A stretch of 64,000 nucleotides of DNA from the human T2T-CHM13v2.0 reference genome, Homo sapiens: the NCBI RefSeq assembly GCF_009914755.1, contig NC_060927.1. One strand, 5' to 3'. The first letter of the stretch is position 1. Each line of letters opens with the position of its first letter. Shown piece by piece: positions 42,867-55,390 of the stretch. The position numbers were made by a program, and so were the translations under genes. The notes beneath the pieces were generated by a model. The model searched no databases. It worked only from the letters and a program-made list of their open reading frames with translations, and was not told where the DNA came from.

Positions 42867-42888
42867 ACTGCCCCCTGTTGTGTAAACA
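42867..42888 (-). promoter_or_regulatory. Candidate CTCF motif abutting a forkhead site
   Basis: Minus strand ACAACAGGGGGCAGT (two mismatches to consensus); TGTAAACA at 42881-42888. Confidence 0.35.
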
Positions 42889-44489
42889 CCAGCTTTTGGT
42901 CACATACACATAATCTGCCCTTAGAAAGAAAACATCTAAAGATGTCTTGCTGCCCTAGGTGGCTCTTGACAGGAACTTGAGGAATCCCTGAGGAGAGGAG
43001 ATATTTTTAAGAAAGAACGAGAACCCAATTGACTTTGCCATTGATGAACTTTGTACAGCTCTTTGTCAGAGGGGAGATGGAAGACAGATTCAGAATCTAT
43101 ACATGAAACAAGGTTGCTGGGGAAAACAGACTTCTAATGGTTTTCTGCCACCCCTTTTGTAAAGAAAAATATCTTAGAAGGGGAATAATTTCTCAACAAT
43201 AGTATTATTGCCATCTAAGGAATTACAGCAGACAGAAGAGGACAAGTATGAAATATAACTGACCAGTCAACTGAAATAAGCTGAAATTCGAAAACAGGTA
43301 CACTGGATAGCATTGTGTTTAAATTTAGTTTACTATACTTTTAATAAAATAGAACATTCGAAATGTGCTGTTCTCTAATTTTTCCTCAGGTGAGTTAGCC
43401 TTGCCTGTCCATGTGTACCTTGAAGTCAGGGGTTTATTTTCTCTTGGATCCATCTTAAATCTATCACGCTGGGCAGGAGATAGAGGGCCAGTGGAAAGAG
43501 GCTGATTATTTAACCATAAACACTGATGTCAAAGGTCAAGACCAATAACTATTTATGTGCATATGACACAATGTCATCTTTATACTTACATACCCACCAT
43601 GACATCCACATACCTCTCAAATATGGAAGTAGGCTATGGTGGAATGTGACAAATGTCTTGTGGTCCTCCCTATTCCTGGAGGGAAAAAAAAACCCAAAAG
43701 ACAAAAAGTAGCATTTCTTCTCCTCAAGTCTCACCTTGATTCTACCTTCAAACAATGCGACATTCAATTATGCTATTAGAAGAAGAGCATTTCCCCAAGA
43801 GTGAGAATGCAAGACTGGCAGAATATTTGCTTTGTAAATTGGGGGTTACCTGTTCAACCTTATATACCCATAGATTCTTGGTGACTATGTCACATGCTTC
43901 AGTCAAAAGTAGTTGCAGCATACACTTTAAAGGACATACATCATCATACTTCAGCCAAACAGCTTCTATATGACAGCTTATAATTTTCTGACTAAATATA
44001 AGATTACTAGGAACATGCAGATAAAAATAAAGAAGCAGAAAAAAAGATAGGTTGACAAAACTAAGGCAGATGAAGGAATTCTTGGCTGCAATATCATTCA
44101 TAAATTATAAGAATGACTACAGAATGCCATTTCAAGGGGAGTATTCTTCCTTCCCCAGAATACACTTTCCTGGGTGTATTTACATGAGTTAGGATTACAT
44201 TTTTCCTACACAGCTGAACCCATCCTGGAGATTAGACATATAAAACTATTTTGACCATTAAACATAAGTTAAATGTTTTTTCTTTCAGATACCTGTAAAT
44301 ATATTATTATAGATGGTAGCATTTTAATATACTTCCAGGATACATTTAGAGTTTTCTGAAACTATCAATATTGAAAGAAAGAACCAAAGCTTGAAATTTT
44401 GGAGTATTAGTCCTTATTGCCTTCAATATAAAGCCTAAAAGACATAGCATAATCTTTTTCCTGCTCTTCCATTCAACACTATATTTTAC

Positions 44490-45154
44490 CGTATCAGTTT
44501 GTTTTGCTGCATAACACATAAACCCAAACTTTGTGACTTATGTAACAATCATTTATATTGCTCAGTTTGGTGATTTGGATGGGTTCAGATGGGTAATTTT
44601 TCTGGTCTCAACTGGGTTCACTTATACATCTATGACCAGGTGCCAGATTGGCTTGTAGCAGGTTGTTTGGGGATGGCCTCAGCCGGAATGGCCTTTGCGC
44701 CACATGGTTTTTCATTGTCGAGTAGCTCAACTCGTGCTTGTTCACATAGTGGCTGGGCAGGTTTCCAGGTGAGTGAAGAGAAGTATCAAGATCTTTTATG
44801 TCTATGTTCAGAACCGGCACCTTTCTTCTGCCACATTCTGTTGGCCGAGTAAGTTAAAAAATTACTTTTGATTCAAGGGGTAAATAGACTCAACCTCTTG
44901 ATGGGAACATCTAAAAAGTCATATTATTAATTTCATGGATCTAGGGTGGGGAATACTTACATTCTTGTTGGCAGTTTTGCTTTCCGTGGTTTCAGTTACC
45001 TCACAGTCAACCTCAGTCTGAAAATAGTAAATGCAAAATTCCAGAAGTAAAGATTCGTCAGTTTTAAAGTGTGTGTGCTTTTTGAGTAGCATGATGAAAT
45101 CTCTTGCCATCCCATTCTGCTCCCTTGGGGCATTTTTGCAAATAATTTACTACA
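44490..45154 (-). mobile_element. MLT1G/H-like LTR carrying a 170-bp MER44-derived insertion
   Basis: GTATCAGTTTGTTTTGCTGCATAACA ... TTCTGCCACATTCTGTTGGCC ... ATTTTTGCAAATAATTTACTACA. Confidence 0.8.
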
Positions 45155-46514
45155 CACCCTAGATTCTCGATTATATACTTTTAATACTCTGAGTGGGTGA
45201 TATTCTCCCTTACCTCTATGCCTTTACATATACGGTGACCTCTTCCGCATGTTTCACTGCTTCTATTCTCTAATGCCTTTCACGTATACATCAAGATTAG
45301 GCCAATATTACTTCTATTAGGAAGACTCCTCTGAACTCTGGACTAGATAGGTTCCCCTCCTCTGAGCTCTTGTAATCCTTAGTTTGTGCATCCTTACAAA
45401 AAGGTATTAAAATTTTTCTATCATTAAAATGCCTCCCATAGTTGAGAGAAGAATTAAGAGATTTTTAAAATTTATTTTCATAACACAAGGTCTCATAGAT
45501 AGTATTCAATACATGTTTATTAACCAATAAGAATGTATTAGATATTCATACACAATTGCCAGCAGTAGTGAATCAGTATATGTTTTATAGGTATGAACTT
45601 TAAAGTTTCTCTCTCTCTCAGCCCAGCCTAAAAGATGTGAAATTTCATAAAATTAATCTAAATAGTCACTATTTAAAAAAAAATCAGAGCAACTGAACTG
45701 TTCTATCCAACAATTTCTTCTCCAAAAGATAAAATTGGATCCTTAATGTTATCAACTAATTCAGACACCGTAAGTTATACAGTGTGTTAAAAAAGTAATG
45801 CACCTGGCAATCAGTCCTGAAGGACTCCATTTGTCACCTCTCCATGAGGATTTCCTACAATTTACTGCTATCCTACATATTTTAGGCTACAATCAGTTTT
45901 GTAGCTAAGTTGGCACTTAGACTGAAGTCTAGCATTTTATTCATTAACTTTTTCTATGATAGACTGTCAAAAGTCCCATCTGAACTCCTGATAAATTACG
46001 TCTACTTCTGTACCCTAATATAATTACTTGGTCACTGCCATGGCAAACTATAAATTGTCTGATAAAACCTATTTTTCCTTTCAGTGACCTAAAATACAAG
46101 TTTCTATTTTTTACTTAAATGGGCCAAATTGCTTGTTTCTCATAAAGGATTTCAAAATTTTGGTTGTTTTAATTCAGGTACTTACCCTCTTAACTTTTAT
46201 ATATAATACAGATGCATAGTATACATGATTACACTATCTCTCTCCCCAAATAGCCTGACACTCATTTATTAGTGGTTCAATAGCTTCAATTAGAAACAAA
46301 AAAGTTTAATAAAATCATACTTCCTCTAAGTCTCAAAACAAGGAAAATACATTACATCATTACATCTGATGTATGAGATAAAAAATCAGTTTTCACTCTG
46401 ATTTGATAAACTCTCACTGTAAATTTTTCTGAAAAGTACAATTTCAATGAGCAATGGAAGATTTGACATCCCACAAAAATATTTTTATAACTTCTCTTTT
46501 TATTTTTAGCCAAT

Positions 46515-48020
46515 TTTTGTATTTTTAAAAATGTTTTAATTCTTATACATGTAGAAGTTAAAAGTACAGATTTCTTACATGCCTATATTACATAGTCATG
46601 AAGTCTGGGCTTTAGTGTTACTTGAACCTATTACTCGAACAGTGAACATTGTACCCAGTAGGTAATTCCTCAAGCCTCATTTTCCTCTCACCATCCCACC
46701 TTTTGGAGTCTCCAATGTCTATTATTCCACTCTGTATGATCCCATGTACCTGTTGTTTAGCACCAACTTATACTTGAGAATGTGGTATTTCACCTTCTGG
46801 TTTTGAGTTATTTTACTTAGGATAACAGTCTCCAGTTCCATCCATGTTGTGGCAAAATATATAATTTCATCTTTTTCATGACTGAATAGAATTCCTATAC
46901 CTATCTATCTATGTTATCTATAGATATATATATATCTTCCTATATATATATATCTTAAGATATATATATATCTTCCTATATATATATATCTTAAGATGTA
47001 TATATATCTTCCTATATATATATATCTTAAGATGTATATATATCTTCCTATATATATATATCTTAAGATGTATATATATCTTCCTATATATATATATCTT
47101 AAGATGTATATATATCTTCCTATATATATATATCTTAAGATGTATATATATCTTCCTATATATATATATCTTAAGATGTATATATATCTTCCTATATATA
47201 TATATCTTAAGATGTATATATATCTTCCTATATATATATATCTTAAGATGTATATATATCTTCCTATATATATATATCTTAAGATGTATATATATCTTCC
47301 TATATATATATATCTTAAGATGTATATATATCTTCCTATATATATATATCTTAAGATGTATATATATCTTCCTATATATATATATCTTAAGATGTATATA
47401 TATCTTCCTATATATATATATCTTAAGATGTATATATATCTTCCTATATATATACATCTTAAGATATATATATATCTTCCTATATATATATATCTTAAGA
47501 TATATATATATCTTCCTATATATATATATCTTAAGATATATATATATCTTCCTATATATATATATCTTAAGATATATATATATCTTCCTATATATATATA
47601 TCTTAAGATATATATATATCTTCCTATATATATATATCTTAAGATATATATATATCTTCCTATATATATATATCTTAAGATATATATATATCTTCCTATA
47701 TATATATATCTTAAGATATATATATATCTTCCTATATATATATATCTTAAGATATATATATATCTTCCTATATATATATATCTTAAGATATATATATATC
47801 TTCCTATATATATATATCTTAAGATATATATATATATCTTCCTATATATATATATCTTAAGATATATATATATATCTTCCTATATATATATCTTAAGATA
47901 TATATTTTTCCTATATATATATCTCTTGAGATACTTCCTATATATATATCACATTTTCTTTATCTGATCCTGTTGATGAACACTAGTTTGATACTCTATT
48001 TTTGCTATTGTGAATAGTTA
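46515..48020 (-). mobile_element. L1PB-like 3' end hosting the minisatellite
   Basis: GTGAACATTGTACCCA, TCTCCAGTTCCATCCATGTTG; resumes ATATATCACATTTTCTTTATC after the array. Confidence 0.85.
46918..47950. repeat. 36-bp AT-rich minisatellite, about 28 units (AAGAT[G/A]TATATATATCTTCCTATATATATATATCTT)
   Basis: Exact 36-bp period; it produces the spurious YIYLP/IYRKI ORFs. Confidence 0.97.
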
Positions 48021-49152
48021 TGCTTGACTAATTTTAGTATTTACTAATGACTTTTTAAATGTACTTTGACTTTAAATGTACTTTGTACTAATGACTTTTT
48101 AAGTACTGTTCCTTGATTTATTTATTGTTAAAATAGAACTTACAGATAAAAATCACCTAGGCATGTTATCTACTTCATAGGTTCGTCATAAGGGCTAAAC
48201 ACAACATAGGTAATGCACAAGCACATAACCTGGTACATCATGAGCATTCAATGAATGTTATCTATTGTTTTTAAAATTAGTTCCAACTTTATACAATAAT
48301 TTCTCACAATAACTTTACAGCATTTTCCCTCTCATTTAATTTGAAATGACAGGATTACCTTCATGGAAGCCTTGTAAAACACTACTTATTTTACAATTCT
48401 TCATGACCTTCAATCCAGACATTTTTTTTTCCTTTGGATAAAATATTTCTTATTCTTAAATCTTTCCAGCTTTATATTCTAATGCCCTAGCATTTTTTAA
48501 TCTCAAAGCTAATGTGAGTGGCAAGTTAGCCAAGTGGTACATTATAAAGATGGCATCAAATACTCTCCATATTCACAGAATTGGACTTTCCCATATTCAC
48601 GAGGACTACAGGCCAGAGTTTAAGCTGGCTCCTGTTTCTCAGTCCTGAATTAGACCCACCTTGTACCATGATGACTGCTATTGCTTCCTGCAGATGGCTT
48701 TGAGCTGAAGGTTTCTTGACGCATAAGCGTTATCATGCTTTAAAACTATGTTTTAAGAGGAAAGTCTTTGGAATTTTATTAGGTTTAAAACTACAAACTT
48801 TTATGTGTTTAAAACTTGACATGGTTATTTGCAGCTATGTGACTCTGGGCAAGTTACACAACCTCTCAGAGTTCCTTTCTTCATTGGTAAAATGGAGAGG
48901 GCAAAGACAATGTTGTAGTGAGGAAGACATAATTCAGACTGAGTTAGATTGAAATGCAAATGAAATATTAGGAAGTAGATGAGGAAGTACAGACCACTAT
49001 TTTAATCAATTAATTGAACAAAAGTATCAAAATGGACAAAATAGAAGAAAGTATGAAGCTGAATATGTTGGGAGTTTTTTGCATGTGTAATAGTGGTTTC
49101 TTTCTCTCACATGGCCAAGACTATGAGTATATGTATAATCTGCACACACGTA

Positions 49153-49858
49153 GCATTGTCCCCCCTTGTTGGCAGTTTTGCTTTCTGTGGTTTCAGTTAC
49201 CTCACAGTCAACCTCAGTCTGAAAATATTAAATGCAAAATTCCAGAGTAAAGATTCGTAAGTTTTAAAGTGTGTGGTTTTTGAGTAGCATGATGAAATCT
49301 CTTGCCATCCCATTCTGCTCCCTTGGGGCATGAATCCTCCCTTTGCCAGTATACTCACGCTGTACACACTCCTGTCCATTTGTCACTTAAGAGTTGTCTA
49401 GGGAATCAGATCAACTGTCACACTATTGCAGTGCTTGTGTTCCAGAAACCCTTATTTTATTTAATAATGGCACAAAGTACAATAGTATTCATGCTGAGTA
49501 TTTGGATATGCTCAAATGTAGCCAAAAAGTGATTCCTTTAAGTGAAAAGGTAAAAATTCTTGACTAAATAAGGAAAGGAAAAAATGTTTGCTGAAGTTGC
49601 TAAGATCTATGGTTAAAAACAAATCTCATATTCTTGAAATTGTCAAGAATGAAAAAGAAATTCATTTGAACTGTAAAAGTTACAGGCACAGTGAGTGATA
49701 AGTGCTTAGTTAAGATGGAAAAGGCCTTAAATTTTGGGATAGAAGGCATGAACAGAAACGTGTTGTAATTGATACAATCTGGCTCAGTACTATCTGATAT
49801 TTCAGGCAACCACTGGGGGCCTTGCAGAATATATCCCGTGGATAAGGAGAGAATACTG
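49153..49858 (+). mobile_element. MER44C/D-like (TcMar-Tigger)
   Basis: GTCCCCCCTTG...GGTTTCAGTTACC start; CCCGTGGATAAGGAGAGAATACTG end. Confidence 0.88.
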
Positions 49859-50020
49859 CATGCATGAATGTACGTATAGTTAGAAGAGAGAAAATAAATA
49901 GAAAACAGAAAGTAGAAAATACAAAAGAGAAAGATTATACCTAGAGGGAAGAACAAATGGAATCAAGAGCAATAGTATAGGAATTAGTTCAGGGAGAAGA
50001 AATTCCTCTAGTGTAAGTAT

Positions 50021-50389
50021 AGATAGACAGTCCTGAACTTTGAATGGTTCAATTCATAATTTTTCAATTTTACAATGCTGCAAAAACTGTATGCATTCAG
50101 TAAAAGCCATACTTCAAGTATCCATACAACCATTCTGTTTTTCACTTCCAGTACAGTATTTAGTAAGTTACACGAGGTAGTCAACACTTTATTATAAAAT
50201 AAGCTTTGTGTTTTATGATTTTGCCAAATTGTAGGCTAATATAAGTGTTCTGAGCATGTTTAAGGTAAGCTAGGCAAAGCTATGATGTTCAGTAGATTAG
50301 GTGTATTAAATGCATTTTTGACTTACAATATTTTCAATTTAAAACGGGTTCATTGGAACATAACCTTATCATCAGTTGAGAAACATCTG
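50021..50389 (-). mobile_element. MER47-like (TcMar-Tigger)
   Basis: AGACAGTCCTGAACTT ... AGTTGAGAAACATCTG. Confidence 0.75.
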
Positions 50390-50772
50390 TATTAGTTTGC
50401 GAGGACTACTGTAACAAATACCACAGACTGGGTGGTTTAAACAACAGAAATTTATCTTCTCTCAATTCTGGAGGCTGAGTTTGATATCAAGGTGTTGGAA
50501 GTGTTGGTTTCTTATGAGGTCTCTATCATTGGCTTGTTGGTGGCTATCTTCTCCTTCTGTCTTCATGTGGTCTTCCCTCTGTGCATGTCTGTGTCCTAAT
50601 CTCCTCACTTATGAAGACACTAGTCATATTGAATGGGGGCCCACCCATATGACTTCATATTACTTTATCTTTTGAAAGACCTTATCTCCAAATGAGGTCC
50701 TATTCTGAGGTACTCTGGGTTGTGACTTCAACATATGAATTTTGTAGGGACACAATTCAGTCCGTGAAAAAC
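50388..50772 (-). mobile_element. MLT1A/B-like LTR
   Basis: TGTATTAGTTTGC...ACAAATACCACAGACTGGGTGG ... GGGACACAATTCAGTCC. Confidence 0.85.
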
Positions 50773-50949
50773 TGTATAGGCTGAAAGGATGGTGGGGATG
50801 CAGAAAAGTTTATAGAGGAGAAGTAGAAAGGTGAGAAGTTTCTGCTTACTAATCTCCATCTTCTTTGTATTAAGAGCAGCTGTTGTCTGCGGAAGATGAG
50901 GTGAATTTGCAGACCGAGGAAAGTATAGGAGATTTTGAATTGCCCAGGC

Positions 50950-51310
50950 CTTTATACCTGCAATCCCTTCTTTCCAGAATGTTCATTCCCAGATGTACAA
51001 TGGCTTGTTACACCAAATAATTTAAGTTTTTACTTAAATATTACCTCTTCAAGGAGGCCTTCCTGACTATTTTATCTAAAATGATCCCCTCAATCCTCCA
51101 AACCTTTAACCTGAAGCAGTTTTAATTTGGCATAGCAATGAATTCCCAAAATGATACAATCTGTTTACTTGGTTAAAAAATACAACATACTGGGATATAT
51201 TCTATTTCGCCTTAATGTTTCTCTTAATGCAAGTTTCATGATGGGAGATCTATGTCTTATTTATTTCTGTATCAAATGGTGCCTAGGCTATTTTAGGAAT
51301 GCAATAATTA
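50950..51310 (+). mobile_element. L2 3' fragment
   Basis: TTACCTCTTCAAGGAGGCCTTCCTGACTA motif. Confidence 0.6.
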
Positions 51311-51801
51311 TTATTATAAGATAATCAACAAATCCATTGAGCTAAAAGATACTGAAGCTCTTAATGTTATCAAATTGTATGGTTGATCAACATCTTTTAC
51401 CTACCTAAGTTTAATTAGAAAAAATCTGTAATTTCATCCTAATGAAGTATGTTCTTCCTGTTTTTCTTTCAACACTTAGAAACAGCTACAACAATTTTAT
51501 TGTTCTATTAAGATTCTGACTACATGTGGGAGATTAGATAATTTTGGTATTTTTCATACCATTTATTAGCAAAAATAGACATTTATATGTATATAAAAGA
51601 AACTTTAAAGGGTGGGATTTAGCTCTAAAGGAGTATATCTGCAAAGCAAACCATTCTTCCTATATAAACACCCACACACATTCACACACATACACATAAT
51701 GAAAGATTATAAAGAACACAGAAGACAAGCTTTCTTTGTACTGAAATCAAAATTAACTCTTAATACAGACCTTTGCATGAATTATAACTTTTCTGAGATA
51801 A

Positions 51802-52200
<399 letters not shown>

Positions 52201-53024
52201 CAAAATATCTTTTTAGGACAAACAATTAAGTATATGATACTTTTAAGTTCTAGCTTCATGGGATGAACGAATTGGATTATATGTTAGAGATATGTCAATT
52301 TCTCAAGACCAATACCTGAAAAATTCAAAATATCCAGCCCACATTTGCTTCATTTAACTATAGTTGTGATATCCCAAAGAAAAAAAGAAAGCTCTTAAAA
52401 AATATTAAGACCAAGAATGATGACAACCCTGGCCATTCTTTAACATGACAGCCAACTTCTCTCATCCATTCCAAACACATCTTCCTACACACATGCACTC
52501 TAGTTTCCCCTACAGAGAACCATATTGCATGGCTAAACCAATAACAGGTCAGCTTCTGGTAGCATCCAATTCTAGTAAAGAACATGGGATTTTTGAGTCA
52601 AGAAATTCAACTTCCCCTGGCTAGCTATGTGACCTTAGTCACTTTTTTTAGTCTTTTTGTGCTTCAATTCTCTCATTAATAAATTGAAATTATTTAGAAA
52701 AATATGTTTTTTGCAACCCAGTAAATTTTTTCCATAAGTCAGTGTGGATTGAGGCTCACAGTTTGTAAAGTGCTGTTCTATTCTTATGTTTGAACATTTA
52801 GTATTTTTAACTTTTTTTGCTATAAAAACATTTGATAAACATGACTATTCATAATGAAACATATGTATAATTATAAAGAGTTATGATTATACATAAGTAT
52901 GGGTCTCGGGTTTCCTTATGTATATAAGGATCCTATAACAATGGATACCAACAGGGTTAAGTTTCTTGATAAATATTGCCATAATTCTTATAAAACTGTA
53001 TGTCACATTTTCTAAATAAATTAA

Positions 53025-53420
53025 TCTTTTTTACAATTGCACATATTTATGGGATATTTCAATACACATATAATATATAATAATCAAATCAGGGTAATTA
53101 ACATATATATCTACCCCCCCAGACATTTTTTATTTATTTAATGGGAACATTCCAAATTCCTCTCTTTTAGCTATTTGAAATTATACAACGAATTATTGTT
53201 GACTATAGACACCACACAGAGCTACAGAACACTAGACTGTAATACTCCTGTCTAGCTGTAACTTGTATCTGTTAGTCAACTATCCCTATTCTCTCTCCCC
53301 TCTACCCTTCTTAGCCTCTACAAACCACCAATCTACTCTCTACTTCTGTGAGCTCAATTATTTTAGCCCCCACATAGAGTGAGAACATGAAGTAATAGTC
53401 TTTTTGTTCTTGTATTTCCA
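53025..53420 (-). mobile_element. L1MA 3'UTR fragment
   Basis: ACATATTTATGGG, CAAATCAGGGTAATTA, CCCACATAGAGTGAGAACATG. Confidence 0.8.
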
Positions 53421-53842
53421 TGTCTCTTGAGTTAAAACATGTAAGTCCTCATCCCTGAGTTTGATTTCTGGATCACCAATAAGATCAATATTTTATATCT
53501 AAAAGATTAAAGATCACACCCTGGGTTTCTGCAAATTACCAAAATAAAAGCCTCTTTGTCATTCCTCTCTGACAACTAGTCAGTCTCCACACATTTCTGG
53601 GAACTTGGGCTATCACCAGGCACCATCGGTATAGATAGAAAAAGAGCATATATAAATGCTTTTACTAACTTGATAATAGAGTTGTTGTGAGGCCTTAAGA
53701 TTGTCACTTAATATGATTACTCCAATCATTTTTCAGTTTTCCATATATAAAAAAAAGCCAAAAAACTTCAGTAGAAGTGGATTGCCATAAGCACAGCATC
53801 TTTACTGAACTTTACTTTTTACAGTAAGAAAGATCACCGTAA

Positions 53843-54036
53843 GTGAAACCTCATCTCTACTAAAAATACAAAAATTAGCCAGGCACAGTGGCAGGTGCCT
53901 GTAATCCCAGCTACTTGTGAGGCTGAGGCAGGAGAATTGCTTGGACTCGGGTGGCAAAGGTTGCGCGAGCCAAGACCGTGCCACTGCACTCCAGCCTGGG
54001 CAATAGAGTGAGATTTCGTCAAAAAAAAAAAAAAAG
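53843..54036 (+). mobile_element. 5'-truncated AluS
   Basis: Starts GTGAAACC; A tail; TSD AAGAAAGATCACC(G/A)TAAGT (53826-53844 / 54037-54055). Confidence 0.95.
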
Positions 54037-54309
54037 AAGAAAGATCACCATAAGTATCTAGTATGTGACTGGATCTTTGGTGGGACTAAACTTGTGAAAA
54101 GTGTGTGTGTTGCTGTATCCTTTATGTAACACAAACAAGAATTAGAAAATTAATGAGAAGCCATCCATAAACTATTATTCCAAATTGCATGGGGAGAGAT
54201 AATAGGAAAAATGTTAACAAAAAAATGCCATTTTTTGTTAGTTGCTTTTGTTTTGTTTTATGCCTGTTAAGATTGGGCATCATTTGAATAACCAAGTTCA
54301 AAAAGGAGA

Positions 54310-54530
54310 ACAATACGTTACGCACCACTTCCCTGAGTCAGGCCCCTTTTTACACAATTCCTCATTTTATTCTAGTAGCAATTCTAGGAAGTTGGTATTA
54401 TCATGCCTTCTTTATAGATAAGAAAACTGAGACACAAACATATTAATTTACTTTCCTGTGACCATACAGCTAAACCAATGGTTATATAGCATTCAAACCC
54501 TGTTCTGTTGAACTGCAAAATCCACATTCT
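54310..54530 (-). mobile_element. MIR
   Basis: TTTATAGATAAGAAAACTGAGAC core. Confidence 0.7.
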
Positions 54531-54924
54531 GTTCATTAAACAAGTGAGCAAATTGATTTCAGATAATCCAAAACGCAGTACACATTATTGTTTCTCTTAC
54601 AAAAGTTTCAATGATATGACCAAGAATGAGGCTGAAATAAATGTTATCTCCAAATTCCATTTGAATGTTTCCATTTTGACTCCTTAGTGGAAAACATCAC
54701 CTATCCTATTGTATAATTCCTCAGTCTAGATAATTGAGGGTTCTATTAAATGCTCTACTAAATAGCAAATCTTTTCTTACATAAAGCTTAATTTCTTTCA
54801 CTTAATTGTACTTGGTGATAAAATTTATATTCAATTCATGTATCTTCAGTGCCTAGTCAATTATTATGGTGCTGTCAGAGCATCTCTATTTTTATAACAA
54901 TTTCCTAAGTGCAGCATTTAGCAG

Positions 54925-55390
54925 TGTGGTGGGCTAAATAGTGATTCCAACAGTATATGTCGAGGTTCTAATCCTGGTAACTACAAGTATGACTTTATTT
55001 AGAAATAGTGTCTTTGCAGATATAATTAAGTTTAGGATATCACAACAGGATCATATTCAATTTGGAGTGAGCCCTAAATCCAATGACTGATCCTTAGGAA
55101 AGAAAGAAGAGGGAGATTGGTCACAGAGAAAGGATGATGTGAATGAAGATGGAGACAAGTATTAGAGGGATGCATCTGCATGCAAAAGAATGTCAAGGAT
55201 TTTCAGCAACCATAGAAGCTAGGAGAAAGGCATCAAATGGACTTTCTTGGGGCCTCCAGAAAAATATCAACCCTGGTGACAACTTGATTTTAGACTTCTG
55301 GCCTCCTGGACTATGAGAAAATAAATTTCTGTTGTTTTAAATGACCAACTTTGTGGTAATTTGTTGTGGCTTCCGTAGGAAACAAATACA
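54925..55390 (+). mobile_element. MLT1C-like LTR
   Basis: TGTGGTGGGCTAAATAG ... TAGGAAACAAATACA; TSD AGCAG/GGCAG. Confidence 0.88.

Noticed and set aside
46918-47967. 323-aa and 179-aa ORFs, including the longest in the window
   Set aside because: Translations of the 36-bp minisatellite; the unit is a multiple of 3 and stop-free in those frames
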